A stretch of 64,000 nucleotides of DNA from Spirochaetia bacterium (GTDB lineage: Bacteria; Spirochaetota; Spirochaetia; SZUA-6; Bin103), in NCBI GenBank assembly GCA_965203055.1, contig OZ241863.1, positions 2,400,001-2,464,000 of the forward strand, given 5' to 3'. Both the position numbers and the translations under genes were made by a program. Below are positions 20,863-29,993 of this stretch, one piece after another. Numbering within the stretch: position 1 is the stretch's first letter; each line of letters starts with the position of its first letter. The notes beneath the pieces are model-generated. The model saw only the letters and a list, made by a program, of their open reading frames with translations. It did not search any database and was not told the origin of the DNA.

Positions 20863-23800
20863 TCAGGTAGGGGGTCGGGCTTCGGCGGGGCGGGTGGCCG
20901 ACAGCGCGGCCGGGGCGGGAGCGGGCGGCCGGGGCGCGGGCGGCTCCGCTTCGGCCGCCGGAACCGGCGCCGGCGCCCGGCGGAAGATGCGGCCCACCCA
21001 GGCGTCCAGGTCGTCGAACAGGGAGTACAGCACCGGCACCACCAGCAGGGTCAGCAGCGTGGCGAAGGTCAGCCCGCAGATCACCGCTATCGCCATCGGG
21101 CTCCACCAGGCGGCCTGCTCACCGCCCCAGTAGAATTCGGGGTCGAGTGCCGTGTAGAGGCCCAGAAAGTCGAAGTTGAGGCCGATGGCCAGCGGCACCA
21201 GGCCGAGGATCGTGGTAATGGCGGTCAGGATCACCGGCCGGAAGCGGGTGATGCCGCCGCGCACGATCGCCTCGTCGCGCTCCCGGCCGTCGCGCCGGCG
21301 CAGCAGGTCGATGTAGTCGATCAGCACGATGGCGTTGTTGACTACCACGCCGGCCAGACTGATCACGCCCACCCCGGTCATCACCACCACGAACGGCATG
21401 CGGAACAGGGTGAGCCCGAGCAGCACGCCCACGGTGGACAGCACCACCGAGCTGATGATGATGATCGGCTTGGTCACCGAGTCGAACTGCGAGATCAGGA
21501 TGAACGCGATCAGGAAGGCCGCCAGCAGGAACGCCAGGAACAGAAATTCCTGCGACTCCTCCTGCTCCTGCTGCTGGCCGGTGAAGCGCAGCGTGTACCC
21601 GGTCGGCAGGGCGGCGGTGAACGGCGCCAGCGCCTCCCGCACTTCGGCCACCACCGCGTTGGCGTTGTATTCCGCGCGCACGTCCGACGAGACGGTCACG
21701 ACCCGGTCCAGATCCTTGCGGGTAACGTTGCCCAGGCCGCGGCTGATGCGCCAGCTCGCCACCGACGAAAGCGGGATCTGGGCGCCGCTGTTGGCCACCA
21801 CCACCAGGTCGCCGAGGGAGTCCAGGTCCTCGCGGTAGGCGGCCGCCAGCCGCACTCGTATGTCATACTCGTCGTCGCCGTCGCGGAAGGTGGACGCCAC
21901 GCGGCCGTTGATCGCGCTGCGGATGGTGTCGCCCACGTCCGCGGTACTCAGTTCGTGCAGCGCGGCGCGTTCGCGGTCCACCTCCACCACCAGCTCCGGC
22001 CGCCCGGCGGCCATGTCGCTCTTCAGGCCGTCCAGCTTGGCGAACAGCGGCGACTCTTCCAGCAGACGCACCACGCTGTCGCCCAGCCGCTTCAGCTCGG
22101 CGGCGTCGGAGCCGGCAATTTCGATGTTCACCGGCAATCCGGTCGGCGGTCCCTGCTCCGCCGCCTCCACCGTCACCGCGGCGCCGGCGACGCCGGCCCC
22201 CACGTCGGCGCGGATCGCCTGAATGGTCTGGAACACGTCGCGGGCGCGCTCCTCATAATCGACGAACTGCAAGGTCATCGCGGCTAGGTGACCGCCCCCG
22301 CCGCCCGCGGTGGCAACTACCGACTCCACGTCGTCCATCCCTTGCAGGGACGCGAGCTGCTCCTCCACGCCGCGCACCAGTTGGTCGGTCAGCCCCACCC
22401 GGGTACCGAGGGGAGCCTCCACGTTGATCCGCACCTGACTCGGCGGGATGTTTTCGGGAAAGAACTCGCTGCCGGTGCCGGCGGCGCCGAACAGCGCCAC
22501 CGCGCCGGCCAGCGTCAGCAGCGCCAGCACTACCATCACGGCCCGGCGCCGCAACGCCCAGCGCAGCACGGTCTCGTAGCGGCCCACGATCCACATCAGG
22601 CCGTGGAACATCAGCCAGCGGCCGCCCGGCTTGCCTACCAGATGGTAGAACGCCGCCACCCCCAGCGCCGTCGCCGCCAGCAGCGCCGCGGTTCGCCAGT
22701 CGGTCAGCGCCGCAGCCGCCAGGGCGCCGGCCGCGGCCACCAGGAACAGCACGCGCACCGCCGGCGGCAGCGCGCCCCGCGCCGCGCCCTCGGTCTCCAG
22801 CAGCCGCGACGCCAGCGTTGGCAGGATGATCAACGCCACGAACAGCGAAGAACTGAGCGTGATGATCAGGGTCAGCGGCAGAAACCTCATGAACTCGCCG
22901 ATCAGTCCCGGCCAGAAGGCCAGCGGCACGAACGCCGCCAGGGTGGTGGCGGTGGAAGCGATGATCGGCGTGGAGACCTCGCCGGTGGCGAAGCGGGCCG
23001 CGGCCACCCCGTCGTAACCGCGCTCGCGGTAGCGGTAGATGTTCTCCACCACCACGATGGCGTTGTCCACCAGCATGCCGAGGGCGAGGATCAGGCTGAA
23101 CAGCACCACGATGTTCAGGGTGAACCCGACCAGTTGCAGGACAACGAAGGAGATCAGCATCGACAGCGGGATCGCCATCCCGACGAACGGCGCGGTGCGC
23201 ACGCCGAGGAAGAACAGCAGCACCGCCACCACCAGCAGCAGCCCGGAGATGATGTTGTTCTCCAGGCTGCTCACCATGCCGCGAATGTCCTCCGACTGGT
23301 CGGAGGTAAAGTTGATCACGGTGCCGGGCGGCAGCGACGGGCGCGCCGCGGCGACCGCCTCCCGCACCGCCGCGGCGGTGGAAACGATGTTCGCGCCGCT
23401 GCGCTTGACCACCGCCAGGGAGATGACCGGGATGCCGTCCAGGCGCGCGAAGCTGTCGCGCTCCTTGAAGCCGAAGTCCACCTGCGCCACGTCGCGCACG
23501 TAGACCGGGCGGCCGGCGCGGGTTTCGATCACGATGTCGGCGATCGGCGCGGTCGCCTCGAACTCGCCCGGCACCCGCACCAGGTACTTGAGATCGCCGA
23601 CGTCGATCGAACCGCCGGGCACGGTGACGTTCTCGAAGCGCACCGCGTCGCTCACGTCTTCGAAGGCAAGGCCGTAGAACTTGAGCTTGGCGAGGTCGAC
23701 GTCCACGAATACCTCGCGCTCCAGCCCGCCGGAGAGCTGCGCCTCCAGCACGCTCGGAATCTGCTCGATGCGCTCCTGCAGCCCCTCGGCCACCTCCCGC

Positions 23801-24351
23801 AGCCGCACCTGATTGTACGGCCCGGCGACGTTGACCTGCATGATCGGGAACTGCGAGGTGTTGATCTCCACGATCTGCGGCTCGTTGGCGGCGCCGGGCA
23901 GCTCCACCTTGGCCAGATCCACCTTCTCCCGCACCCGCTGCAACGCCTCGGTCATGTTCATGCCGGCTTCGAACTCGACGTTGATGCCGGAAAACCCTTC
24001 GCGCGAGGTGGAGGAGATGGTCTTCACATCCGCAATCGTGTTCAGCTCCTCTTCCAGCGGCCGCGTCACCAGCGTCTCGACGTCGCCCGGCGCCACGCCG
24101 GCGTACACCGTATTGACGATGATGTTGGGGATCACGATTTCCGGACTCGCCTCGCGCGGGATCTGTGAGTAGGAGATGAAGCCGCCGGCGATCAGGATCA
24201 GGGTGAGCACCACCACGCTGGTCGGATGGCGGATGGCGAAGGAGGTGAGGGCGAATTCCTTGAGCCGACCCTCGGCGCCCGCGGCGGCCTCGCCGCCGGC
24301 GCGGGGAGCCGCCCCGTTGCCGCCGCGCGCCTCTGCCGTGACCTGCGCCAT
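20863..24351 (-). CDS. RND efflux permease (AcrB/AcrD/AcrF family)
   Basis: LGMLVDNAIVVVENI, GVVVNNAIVLID, RFRPVILTAITTILGLVPL. Confidence 0.95.
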   Translation of the reverse strand: MAQVTAEARGGNGAAPRAGGEAAAGAEGRLKEFALTSFAIRHPTSVVVLTLILIAGGFISYSQIPREASPEIVIPNIIVNTVYAGVAPGDVETLVTRPLEEELNTIADVKTISSTSREGFSGINVEFEAGMNMTEALQRVREKVDLAKVELPGAANEPQIVEINTSQFPIMQVNVAGPYNQVRLREVAEGLQERIEQIPSVLEAQLSGGLEREVFVDVDLAKLKFYGLAFEDVSDAVRFENVTVPGGSIDVGDLKYLVRVPGEFEATAPIADIVIETRAGRPVYVRDVAQVDFGFKERDSFARLDGIPVISLAVVKRSGANIVSTAAAVREAVAAARPSLPPGTVINFTSDQSEDIRGMVSSLENNIISGLLLVVAVLLFFLGVRTAPFVGMAIPLSMLISFVVLQLVGFTLNIVVLFSLILALGMLVDNAIVVVENIYRYRERGYDGVAAARFATGEVSTPIIASTATTLAAFVPLAFWPGLIGEFMRFLPLTLIITLSSSLFVALIILPTLASRLLETEGAARGALPPAVRVLFLVAAAGALAAAALTDWRTAALLAATALGVAAFYHLVGKPGGRWLMFHGLMWIVGRYETVLRWALRRRAVMVVLALLTLAGAVALFGAAGTGSEFFPENIPPSQVRINVEAPLGTRVGLTDQLVRGVEEQLASLQGMDDVESVVATAGGGGGHLAAMTLQFVDYEERARDVFQTIQAIRADVGAGVAGAAVTVEAAEQGPPTGLPVNIEIAGSDAAELKRLGDSVVRLLEESPLFAKLDGLKSDMAAGRPELVVEVDRERAALHELSTADVGDTIRSAINGRVASTFRDGDDEYDIRVRLAAAYREDLDSLGDLVVVANSGAQIPLSSVASWRISRGLGNVTRKDLDRVVTVSSDVRAEYNANAVVAEVREALAPFTAALPTGYTLRFTGQQQEQEESQEFLFLAFLLAAFLIAFILISQFDSVTKPIIIISSVVLSTVGVLLGLTLFRMPFVVVMTGVGVISLAGVVVNNAIVLIDYIDLLRRRDGRERDEAIVRGGITRFRPVILTAITTILGLVPLAIGLNFDFLGLYTALDPEFYWGGEQAAWWSPMAIAVICGLTFATLLTLLVVPVLYSLFDDLDAWVGRIFRRAPAPVPAAEAEPPAPRPPAPAPAALSATRPAEARPPT

Positions 24352-24352
24352 G

Positions 24353-25516
24353 CTAGCCGTTCACCACCTGGATCACGCTGCCGTCGTCCACCTGCCGGTG
24401 GCCGGCGGTGATCAACCGTTCGCCGGCGGCGAGGCCGGCGGTGACCACCACCTGATTGGCGTAGGAAGACCCCAACTCCACCGCCCGGGCGCGCGCCGTC
24501 ACGGTGTCGTTGCGCCGCTCGGCGATGAACACCTGAAAGCCGTTCTCGGTGCGCTGCACCAGGTCCTGCGGCACCACGATCACCTGCTCCTGGCGCACGC
24601 GCTCCACCTGCACGTTGGCCACCATGCGCGGGCGGATCAGGTACTCGGCGTTGTCGAGAACCACCTCGATCGGAATGGTGCGGCTGCGCGGGTCGACGCT
24701 GGTACCGACGAACTGGATGCTGCCGCGGAACTCGCGCCCCTCCAGTACGTCGAAGGTGATGAGCGCCGCGGCCCCCGGTTTCACCGCCAGGGCGTAGCGC
24801 TCCGGAATCCCGGCCACCACCTTGACCTGATCGGTGGCCAGCACCCGCAGCAGGCGCGTGCCCGGGGCCACCAGTTCGCCTGCCTCCACGTACTGCTCGT
24901 CGAAGATGCCGGTGATCGGCGAGGCAACCACGGTGCGCGCCAGCCGGGTCTCCAGCACCTTGAGGCGGGCGGCGCTGGAGGCGGCCTGCGCCTTCAGCTC
25001 CAGGAGGGCGATCTCGGTGCCGATCCGCTGCTGCTGCCACAGGCGGCGCTGGCGCTCGTAGCGCTCGGCGGCGACGTCGGCCAGCGCCTGCGCCTCCTCG
25101 ACCTGCGCGCCCAGCAGCTCGGCGCTGATGCGGGTCACCGGCTGGCCGCGCACCACCCGCTCCCCCTTGTCGGCCAGAAACGCTGCCACGGTGCCGGACT
25201 CCTGGACCGACACCGTGACGTCGTGCAGCGCCTCCACTTCGCCCACCACGCGGATGTACTGCACGAAGGTGGAGGGCGCCACCGGCGTCACCTCGGCGTT
25301 CACCACCCGCGCCCCGGCGGACGATGCGGCAGGCGGGGCGGCCGCGGCGGCAGCCGGCTCGGCCGGGGCGGGAGGCGCGCCTTCCTCCCCGGCGGCAGCG
25401 TCCGCGGCCGGCGGACCGCCGCCCGCCAACTGGACGCACTCCGCGGCCGTGAGAGCGAGCAGCAGCGCCGCGCCCAGCGCGAGACTGCGCCAAGTGCGCC
25501 AAGTCGGTGCCCGCAT
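24353..25516 (-). CDS. RND periplasmic adaptor (MFP)
   Basis: Signal peptide, lipoyl-like halves, VASPITG, VDPRSRTI. Confidence 0.92.
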   Translation of the reverse strand: MRAPTWRTWRSLALGAALLLALTAAECVQLAGGGPPAADAAAGEEGAPPAPAEPAAAAAAPPAASSAGARVVNAEVTPVAPSTFVQYIRVVGEVEALHDVTVSVQESGTVAAFLADKGERVVRGQPVTRISAELLGAQVEEAQALADVAAERYERQRRLWQQQRIGTEIALLELKAQAASSAARLKVLETRLARTVVASPITGIFDEQYVEAGELVAPGTRLLRVLATDQVKVVAGIPERYALAVKPGAAALITFDVLEGREFRGSIQFVGTSVDPRSRTIPIEVVLDNAEYLIRPRMVANVQVERVRQEQVIVVPQDLVQRTENGFQVFIAERRNDTVTARARAVELGSSYANQVVVTAGLAAGERLITAGHRQVDDGSVIQVVNG

Positions 25517-25519
25517 CCC

Positions 25520-27046
25520 CTACTCCGCCGCCCGCGCCGGCGCGAGGTCGGCCAGCGGCACCTGGCCCACCGCCGCCTCTAGCTGCGACGCCGCGGCCAG
25601 GTAGTCGTGCGCCGCCTGCGCGTAGTTGACCTGAGTCCCCAACAGGGTGGACTCGGCCGCGGTGACGTCGAGCCGGCTGCCCAGGCCGGCGCGGTAGCGC
25701 GCCGCCGCGATGTCGTAGCTCCGTTGCGCCTGCTCGATCGACTGCAGTTGACTTGCCGCGCGCAGCCGGGCCTCCTGCAAGTTCCCGACCAGCGTGCTTA
25801 CCTGATAGCGCATCTCCAGTTCCGCCTGGCGCAGGGTGACCGCGGCCTGGCGCACCGCCTCGCGCCGCTGCGCGACCCGGGCGTCCCGCGCGAAGCCGTC
25901 GAAGATCTGCCACTGCACGGTCATCCCGGCGGAGGCCGACAGTTGCCATTGGGAGTACCAGTAATCGTAATTGTCGGGGCGGGCCTGCGTGCCGTAGTGG
26001 TCATCGGCGTCCTCGTCGGCGGAGCGAAAGTCCACGGCGCCGAAGGCGCGGATGGTCGGCAGGTATTCCGCCTCCTGGACGGTGAGCTGCAACCCGCTGA
26101 TCCGCTCCAGGGTACGGAGCTGGCGCAGATCGGAGCGGTCGGTCATGGCGGTCCGCCAGAGCTGCTCGGCCTCCGCCGCGGCCAGCCGCGCGGCCCCGGA
26201 AGCCGCCAGCAGATCCGCGTTGGCGGGGGAGTTGACCGACCCCGCGGCCAGCCGCAGCTCGCTCAGCGTCCCTTGCAGCGCTACCTCCCGCGACGGATCG
26301 TCGCCCATCGCTACCAGCAGCGACCCGCGCGCTGCGGCGATCTGATTCCTCGCCTGCAGCAGGCCGGCCTCCAGATTGGCGAGCTGCACTTCCAGGAGCA
26401 GCAGTTCATCTTCGGCGGCCAATCCCTCCCGCTCGCGCGCCCGGGCCTCGCGCAGGGTCTGCTGCAGCCGCGCGATGCTCTGCTCGGTCAGGCGCTCCCG
26501 TTCCTGCGCCAGCAGGACGGCGAAGTAGCGCCGCCGCACCAGGTCGACGAGCTGCTGCGCCGCGCCGCGCAACTCCTCGCCGCGCAGCTCGCGCAGGCGC
26601 TCGGCGGCCTGCAGGCCGCTGAACACGCGCAGGTCGAGCACCGTCTGGTTCAGCCTCAGCGCCGCGGACCAAGCGTTGTCGATGCTCTGCTGCGACTCCA
26701 CGACCTCGGTCTTCTCCACCTCGGTCGTATCCTTCGTCGCGGTCTTACGGCTCAAGACCTGCTCCAGGCCGTCGGCGGAGCGGCGGTAGGTGGCTTCCAC
26801 GGTGGCCTGGGGAAATACCCCGCCGTAGGCTTCGTCGATCTGCAGCTCGGCGACGCTGATTGCCGAACGCGCCGCCTGCAGCCGGGCGCTGTTGGCCAGG
26901 GCAACCGCAACCGCGGAGCGCACCGGCAGCGCGCCGGAACCGGGCAGCGTCTGGCCGAAGCCGGGCAAGACGCTGACTCCAAGAACGACGGCTACGGCAA
27001 GTGAGTGTGAGCAGTGATGTGAGATTGAGTGGAGCGAGGTTGACAA
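25520..27046 (-). CDS. TolC-family outer membrane factor
   Basis: OMF repeats, RYRAGLGSRLDV; in operon with MFP and RND. Start uncertain. Confidence 0.9.
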   Translation of the reverse strand: MSTSLHSISHHCSHSLAVAVVLGVSVLPGFGQTLPGSGALPVRSAVAVALANSARLQAARSAISVAELQIDEAYGGVFPQATVEATYRRSADGLEQVLSRKTATKDTTEVEKTEVVESQQSIDNAWSAALRLNQTVLDLRVFSGLQAAERLRELRGEELRGAAQQLVDLVRRRYFAVLLAQERERLTEQSIARLQQTLREARAREREGLAAEDELLLLEVQLANLEAGLLQARNQIAAARGSLLVAMGDDPSREVALQGTLSELRLAAGSVNSPANADLLAASGAARLAAAEAEQLWRTAMTDRSDLRQLRTLERISGLQLTVQEAEYLPTIRAFGAVDFRSADEDADDHYGTQARPDNYDYWYSQWQLSASAGMTVQWQIFDGFARDARVAQRREAVRQAAVTLRQAELEMRYQVSTLVGNLQEARLRAASQLQSIEQAQRSYDIAAARYRAGLGSRLDVTAAESTLLGTQVNYAQAAHDYLAAASQLEAAVGQVPLADLAPARAAE

Positions 27047-27175
27047 GGTTGATCTTGGCCTGGGCGGCGTCGTTGTTCGCAGACAGCGGCAACGTACCGC
27101 CGGCCAAGCGCGAAGTCAAACGCACCCCTTGCTCCCGCGGCCCCGGAGGACGCCCCCGCCCGCCGCCCGCGGGGC

Positions 27176-28021
27176 TCAGCCGGCGCGGCGCTCGGGCCGC
27201 CGATTCGGGGTGCGTTCCAGGCGTTGCGGCGGCGCGACGATGCTGCGCCGGCGCGGCGTCAGGCGCGCGAGCAGCTCGGGCGAAGGCTGGTAGCCATGGC
27301 GGAAGTTGCCCCACGACGGCCCGTAGCGGTTCACCACCACGCGCCGCTCGCCGGGGTTGGTGCGCGGCGCCGAGCCGTGGGTGCAGCAGTCCACGAACAG
27401 CAGCGCGTCGCCGGCCCGCAGGTGCACCTCCACCGCGCCGGCAATCGCGGCCGCGGAGGGACGCCCGGCCACGCCCATGGCGAAGCGGGCGAAGTGGGGA
27501 TGCTCGAAGTTGCTCTTGTGGGAGCCGGGGATCAGCACCGTGCCGCCGTCGCCGGGGCCGATGTCGGTCAGCGCCGCGAGCACGTTGATCTGGTTGCAGT
27601 GGAACTTGCCGTTCAGGACCCGGAACTGGCAGCGGCTCAGCCCCAGGTGACCGCCGTTGTGCAGCCCGATAGCCTCGCCGGGGCCGCGAAAGTTGGCGAA
27701 GTTCTCGTCGATGAACAACGGCCCGTGGTGCTCGTCGAAGGAGCCCTCACCGCCAACGAAGTAGCGCGCCTTGTCGAACCACGCGGCATGGTCGATCAGC
27801 CTCTCGAAGGGCGCGCCGGCCTCGTAGATCTGCTGGTAGTTGAGGCCGTCGTGGTCGCCGAAGCTGTGGCCGTGCACGTAGCCGTACCACTCCCCGACCG
27901 CCAGGCGCGGCAGCGCGTCCAGGCAATCGTTCAACTCCCGCACCTCGCGCGCTGACAATGCTCCCCGCAGCACCAGGAAGCCTTGCAGATCGAAGAAGTA
28001 GATGTCCTGTTCGGTCACCAT
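27176..28021 (-). CDS. PhyH-family 2OG-Fe(II) dioxygenase
   Basis: FFDLQGFLVLRGALS, LTDIGPGDGGTVLIPGSHK, GDALLF..CTHGS; H-x-D replaced by HNG. Confidence 0.85.
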   Translation of the reverse strand: MVTEQDIYFFDLQGFLVLRGALSAREVRELNDCLDALPRLAVGEWYGYVHGHSFGDHDGLNYQQIYEAGAPFERLIDHAAWFDKARYFVGGEGSFDEHHGPLFIDENFANFRGPGEAIGLHNGGHLGLSRCQFRVLNGKFHCNQINVLAALTDIGPGDGGTVLIPGSHKSNFEHPHFARFAMGVAGRPSAAAIAGAVEVHLRAGDALLFVDCCTHGSAPRTNPGERRVVVNRYGPSWGNFRHGYQPSPELLARLTPRRRSIVAPPQRLERTPNRRPERRAG

Positions 28022-28030
28022 TTCCGTTTG

Positions 28031-28130
28031 ACGGTAGACCGCGCCGCGGCGGCGGTCAAGACCGCGCCGGGCGAACGGGTCGAACGGGGTCGAACGGTCG
28101 ATTGACTGCGGCGCGCGGCGGTGCGATGCT
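28031..28130. promoter_or_regulatory. Back-to-back promoters with three CGAACGG direct repeats
   Basis: Minus TTGACC-17-TACCGT; plus TTGACT-17-GATGCT; repeats at 28072, 28081, 28091. Confidence 0.6.
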
Positions 28131-28136
28131 CGCGCC

Positions 28137-29018
28137 ATGTTGAGCAGCCGGCAGGTGCAGTCGTATCGCGACCACGGGTACTTGGCGGTCCCGGGCGTGC
28201 TGAGCGCCGCGGAGGTGGCCGAGCTGCAACGCGTCACCGACGAGCTGGTGGACGCGAGCCGCGGCGTGGCGGCGCACACCGACGTCTATGACCTGGAACC
28301 GGGGCACTCGGCGGCGGAGCCGCGGGTGCGGCGCATCAAGTCGCCCGACCTGCAGCACGAGGTCTACGCCCGGACCCTGCGCCATCCCGCCATCCTCGAC
28401 CTCGTCGAGCAGCTCATCGGTCCCGGCGTGCGCTACCGGAGCACCAAGCTGAACCTGAAGTCGGCCGGCTACGGCAGTCCGGTGGAGTGGCACCAGGACT
28501 GGGCGTTCTACCCGCACACCAACGACGACATCCTGGCGGTGGGGGTGTGCATCGACGCCATGAGCGACGCCAACGGCGGCCTGCTGGTGGTGCCGGGCAG
28601 CCACCGCGGCCCGCTCTACGATCATCACCAGGACGGCTGGTTCGTGGGCGCCATCACCGGCGCCGAGGTGGATTCCGCGCAGGTGGCGCAGCTAGAGGTC
28701 CCGGCCGGCGGCATCAGCCTGCACCACGTGCGTACGGTGCACGGTTCGGTGCCCAACCGGTCGCCGCGGCCGCGCCGCCTGCTGTTGTTGGAGCTGTGCG
28801 CGGTCGATGCCTGGCCGCTGCTGGACATGCCCGGTCTGGAAGCGTTCGACGCCCGCATCCTGCGCGGCTCGGCCACCGTCACGCCGCGCCTGGAGGCGGC
28901 GCCGGTGCGCATCCCGCTGCCCGCCCACGAGCGCCGCGGCTCGATCTACGAAGTGCAGAGCAAGCTGGCGCGCCCGGTACTCGCCGGCGCCGGTCAGCTC
29001 AGCCCCGATACTCGGTAG
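28137..29018 (+). CDS. PhyH-family dioxygenase
   Basis: WHQD, NGGLLVVPGSH, HHVRTVHGS. Confidence 0.92.
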   Translation: MLSSRQVQSYRDHGYLAVPGVLSAAEVAELQRVTDELVDASRGVAAHTDVYDLEPGHSAAEPRVRRIKSPDLQHEVYARTLRHPAILDLVEQLIGPGVRYRSTKLNLKSAGYGSPVEWHQDWAFYPHTNDDILAVGVCIDAMSDANGGLLVVPGSHRGPLYDHHQDGWFVGAITGAEVDSAQVAQLEVPAGGISLHHVRTVHGSVPNRSPRPRRLLLLELCAVDAWPLLDMPGLEAFDARILRGSATVTPRLEAAPVRIPLPAHERRGSIYEVQSKLARPVLAGAGQLSPDTR

Positions 29019-29910
29019 GGACCGCCTTCGCCGCCACCTCGCGCCGGTAGCCCTTCCAGTAGTACTGGAAGCGCTCCGACTTCCAGCCGGCGTATACCTC
29101 TTCCCAGGTGAGCCGGCCCTGGTGGACGCCCAGGTTCTTTTCCATGATCTTGTCATCCGGCTTCTGGTAGCGGTAATCGACCGACAGGCGAATGCGGTTG
29201 CCGGAGACGTTCGGCAGGCCCTGATGCACCGTCTTGCTGTGAAAGAAGAGCGTGTCGCCGCACTCGAACGGGCTGGACCGCCAATCGCCGTCGAGACACG
29301 CGGCCTCGACCCGCAACCCGCCCGCTCCCTTTGCCTGGTGGACCGGCAGAATGCCGCGGCGGTGAGACCCGCGCAGCACGGCCAGTCCGCCGAGCTCCGC
29401 CGGACACGCGCCGAGCGGAATCCACGCGGTCCACACCTCGGGCGTACCCTGCACCAGAATGAAGTCCTGATGCGGCGGCGTGGTGTACTCGAGCCTGGTG
29501 GGAAACATCACCCGCGCAATGGTGCTCGGTTGCGGCATACCGGGCGCGCCGAGCAGCGCCTCCGCAACCCGCAGCAGCGCCGGATGGTGGGCCATGGTCT
29601 GGAACGATTCCAGCTTCTGGATGGTGTCGTAGATGGGGATGAACTCCGGCGTCCCCGTCAACTTCGCCTCCTGAGTGGAGATCGCGGCGCCGGGGTCGGT
29701 GCCGGCGTCGAGCCAGCCGACGGCGTCGAGAATCGCCGTGACGTCGCTCCGCACCTGCCCGATCTCAGCTTCCGGGACCAGCCCGCGGAAGAACACGTAG
29801 CCCTCCTCCTGCGCGCGGGCGCGCAGGGCGGAGGGTTGCGCGATGAGTTCGCCGCTCACCGCGAACGGCGCGCACGGCCGCCGCTCGGTGCCGATCTGAA
29901 CCGTAGTCAT
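28999..29910 (-). CDS. PhyH-family dioxygenase
   Basis: Start ATG 29910; TPPHQD, WTAWIPLG, GSH, FHSKTVH, RLSVDYRYQ. Confidence 0.9.
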   Translation of the reverse strand: MTTVQIGTERRPCAPFAVSGELIAQPSALRARAQEEGYVFFRGLVPEAEIGQVRSDVTAILDAVGWLDAGTDPGAAISTQEAKLTGTPEFIPIYDTIQKLESFQTMAHHPALLRVAEALLGAPGMPQPSTIARVMFPTRLEYTTPPHQDFILVQGTPEVWTAWIPLGACPAELGGLAVLRGSHRRGILPVHQAKGAGGLRVEAACLDGDWRSSPFECGDTLFFHSKTVHQGLPNVSGNRIRLSVDYRYQKPDDKIMEKNLGVHQGRLTWEEVYAGWKSERFQYYWKGYRREVAAKAVPTEYRG

Positions 29911-29993
29911 TGCCGCGGCATGGTAGCGCGGCGGGCGGAAGTGCGCAAACTCGCGCGCGGCGGCGCGCGCCGCCGCACTCCGCCGGCGGGTCG

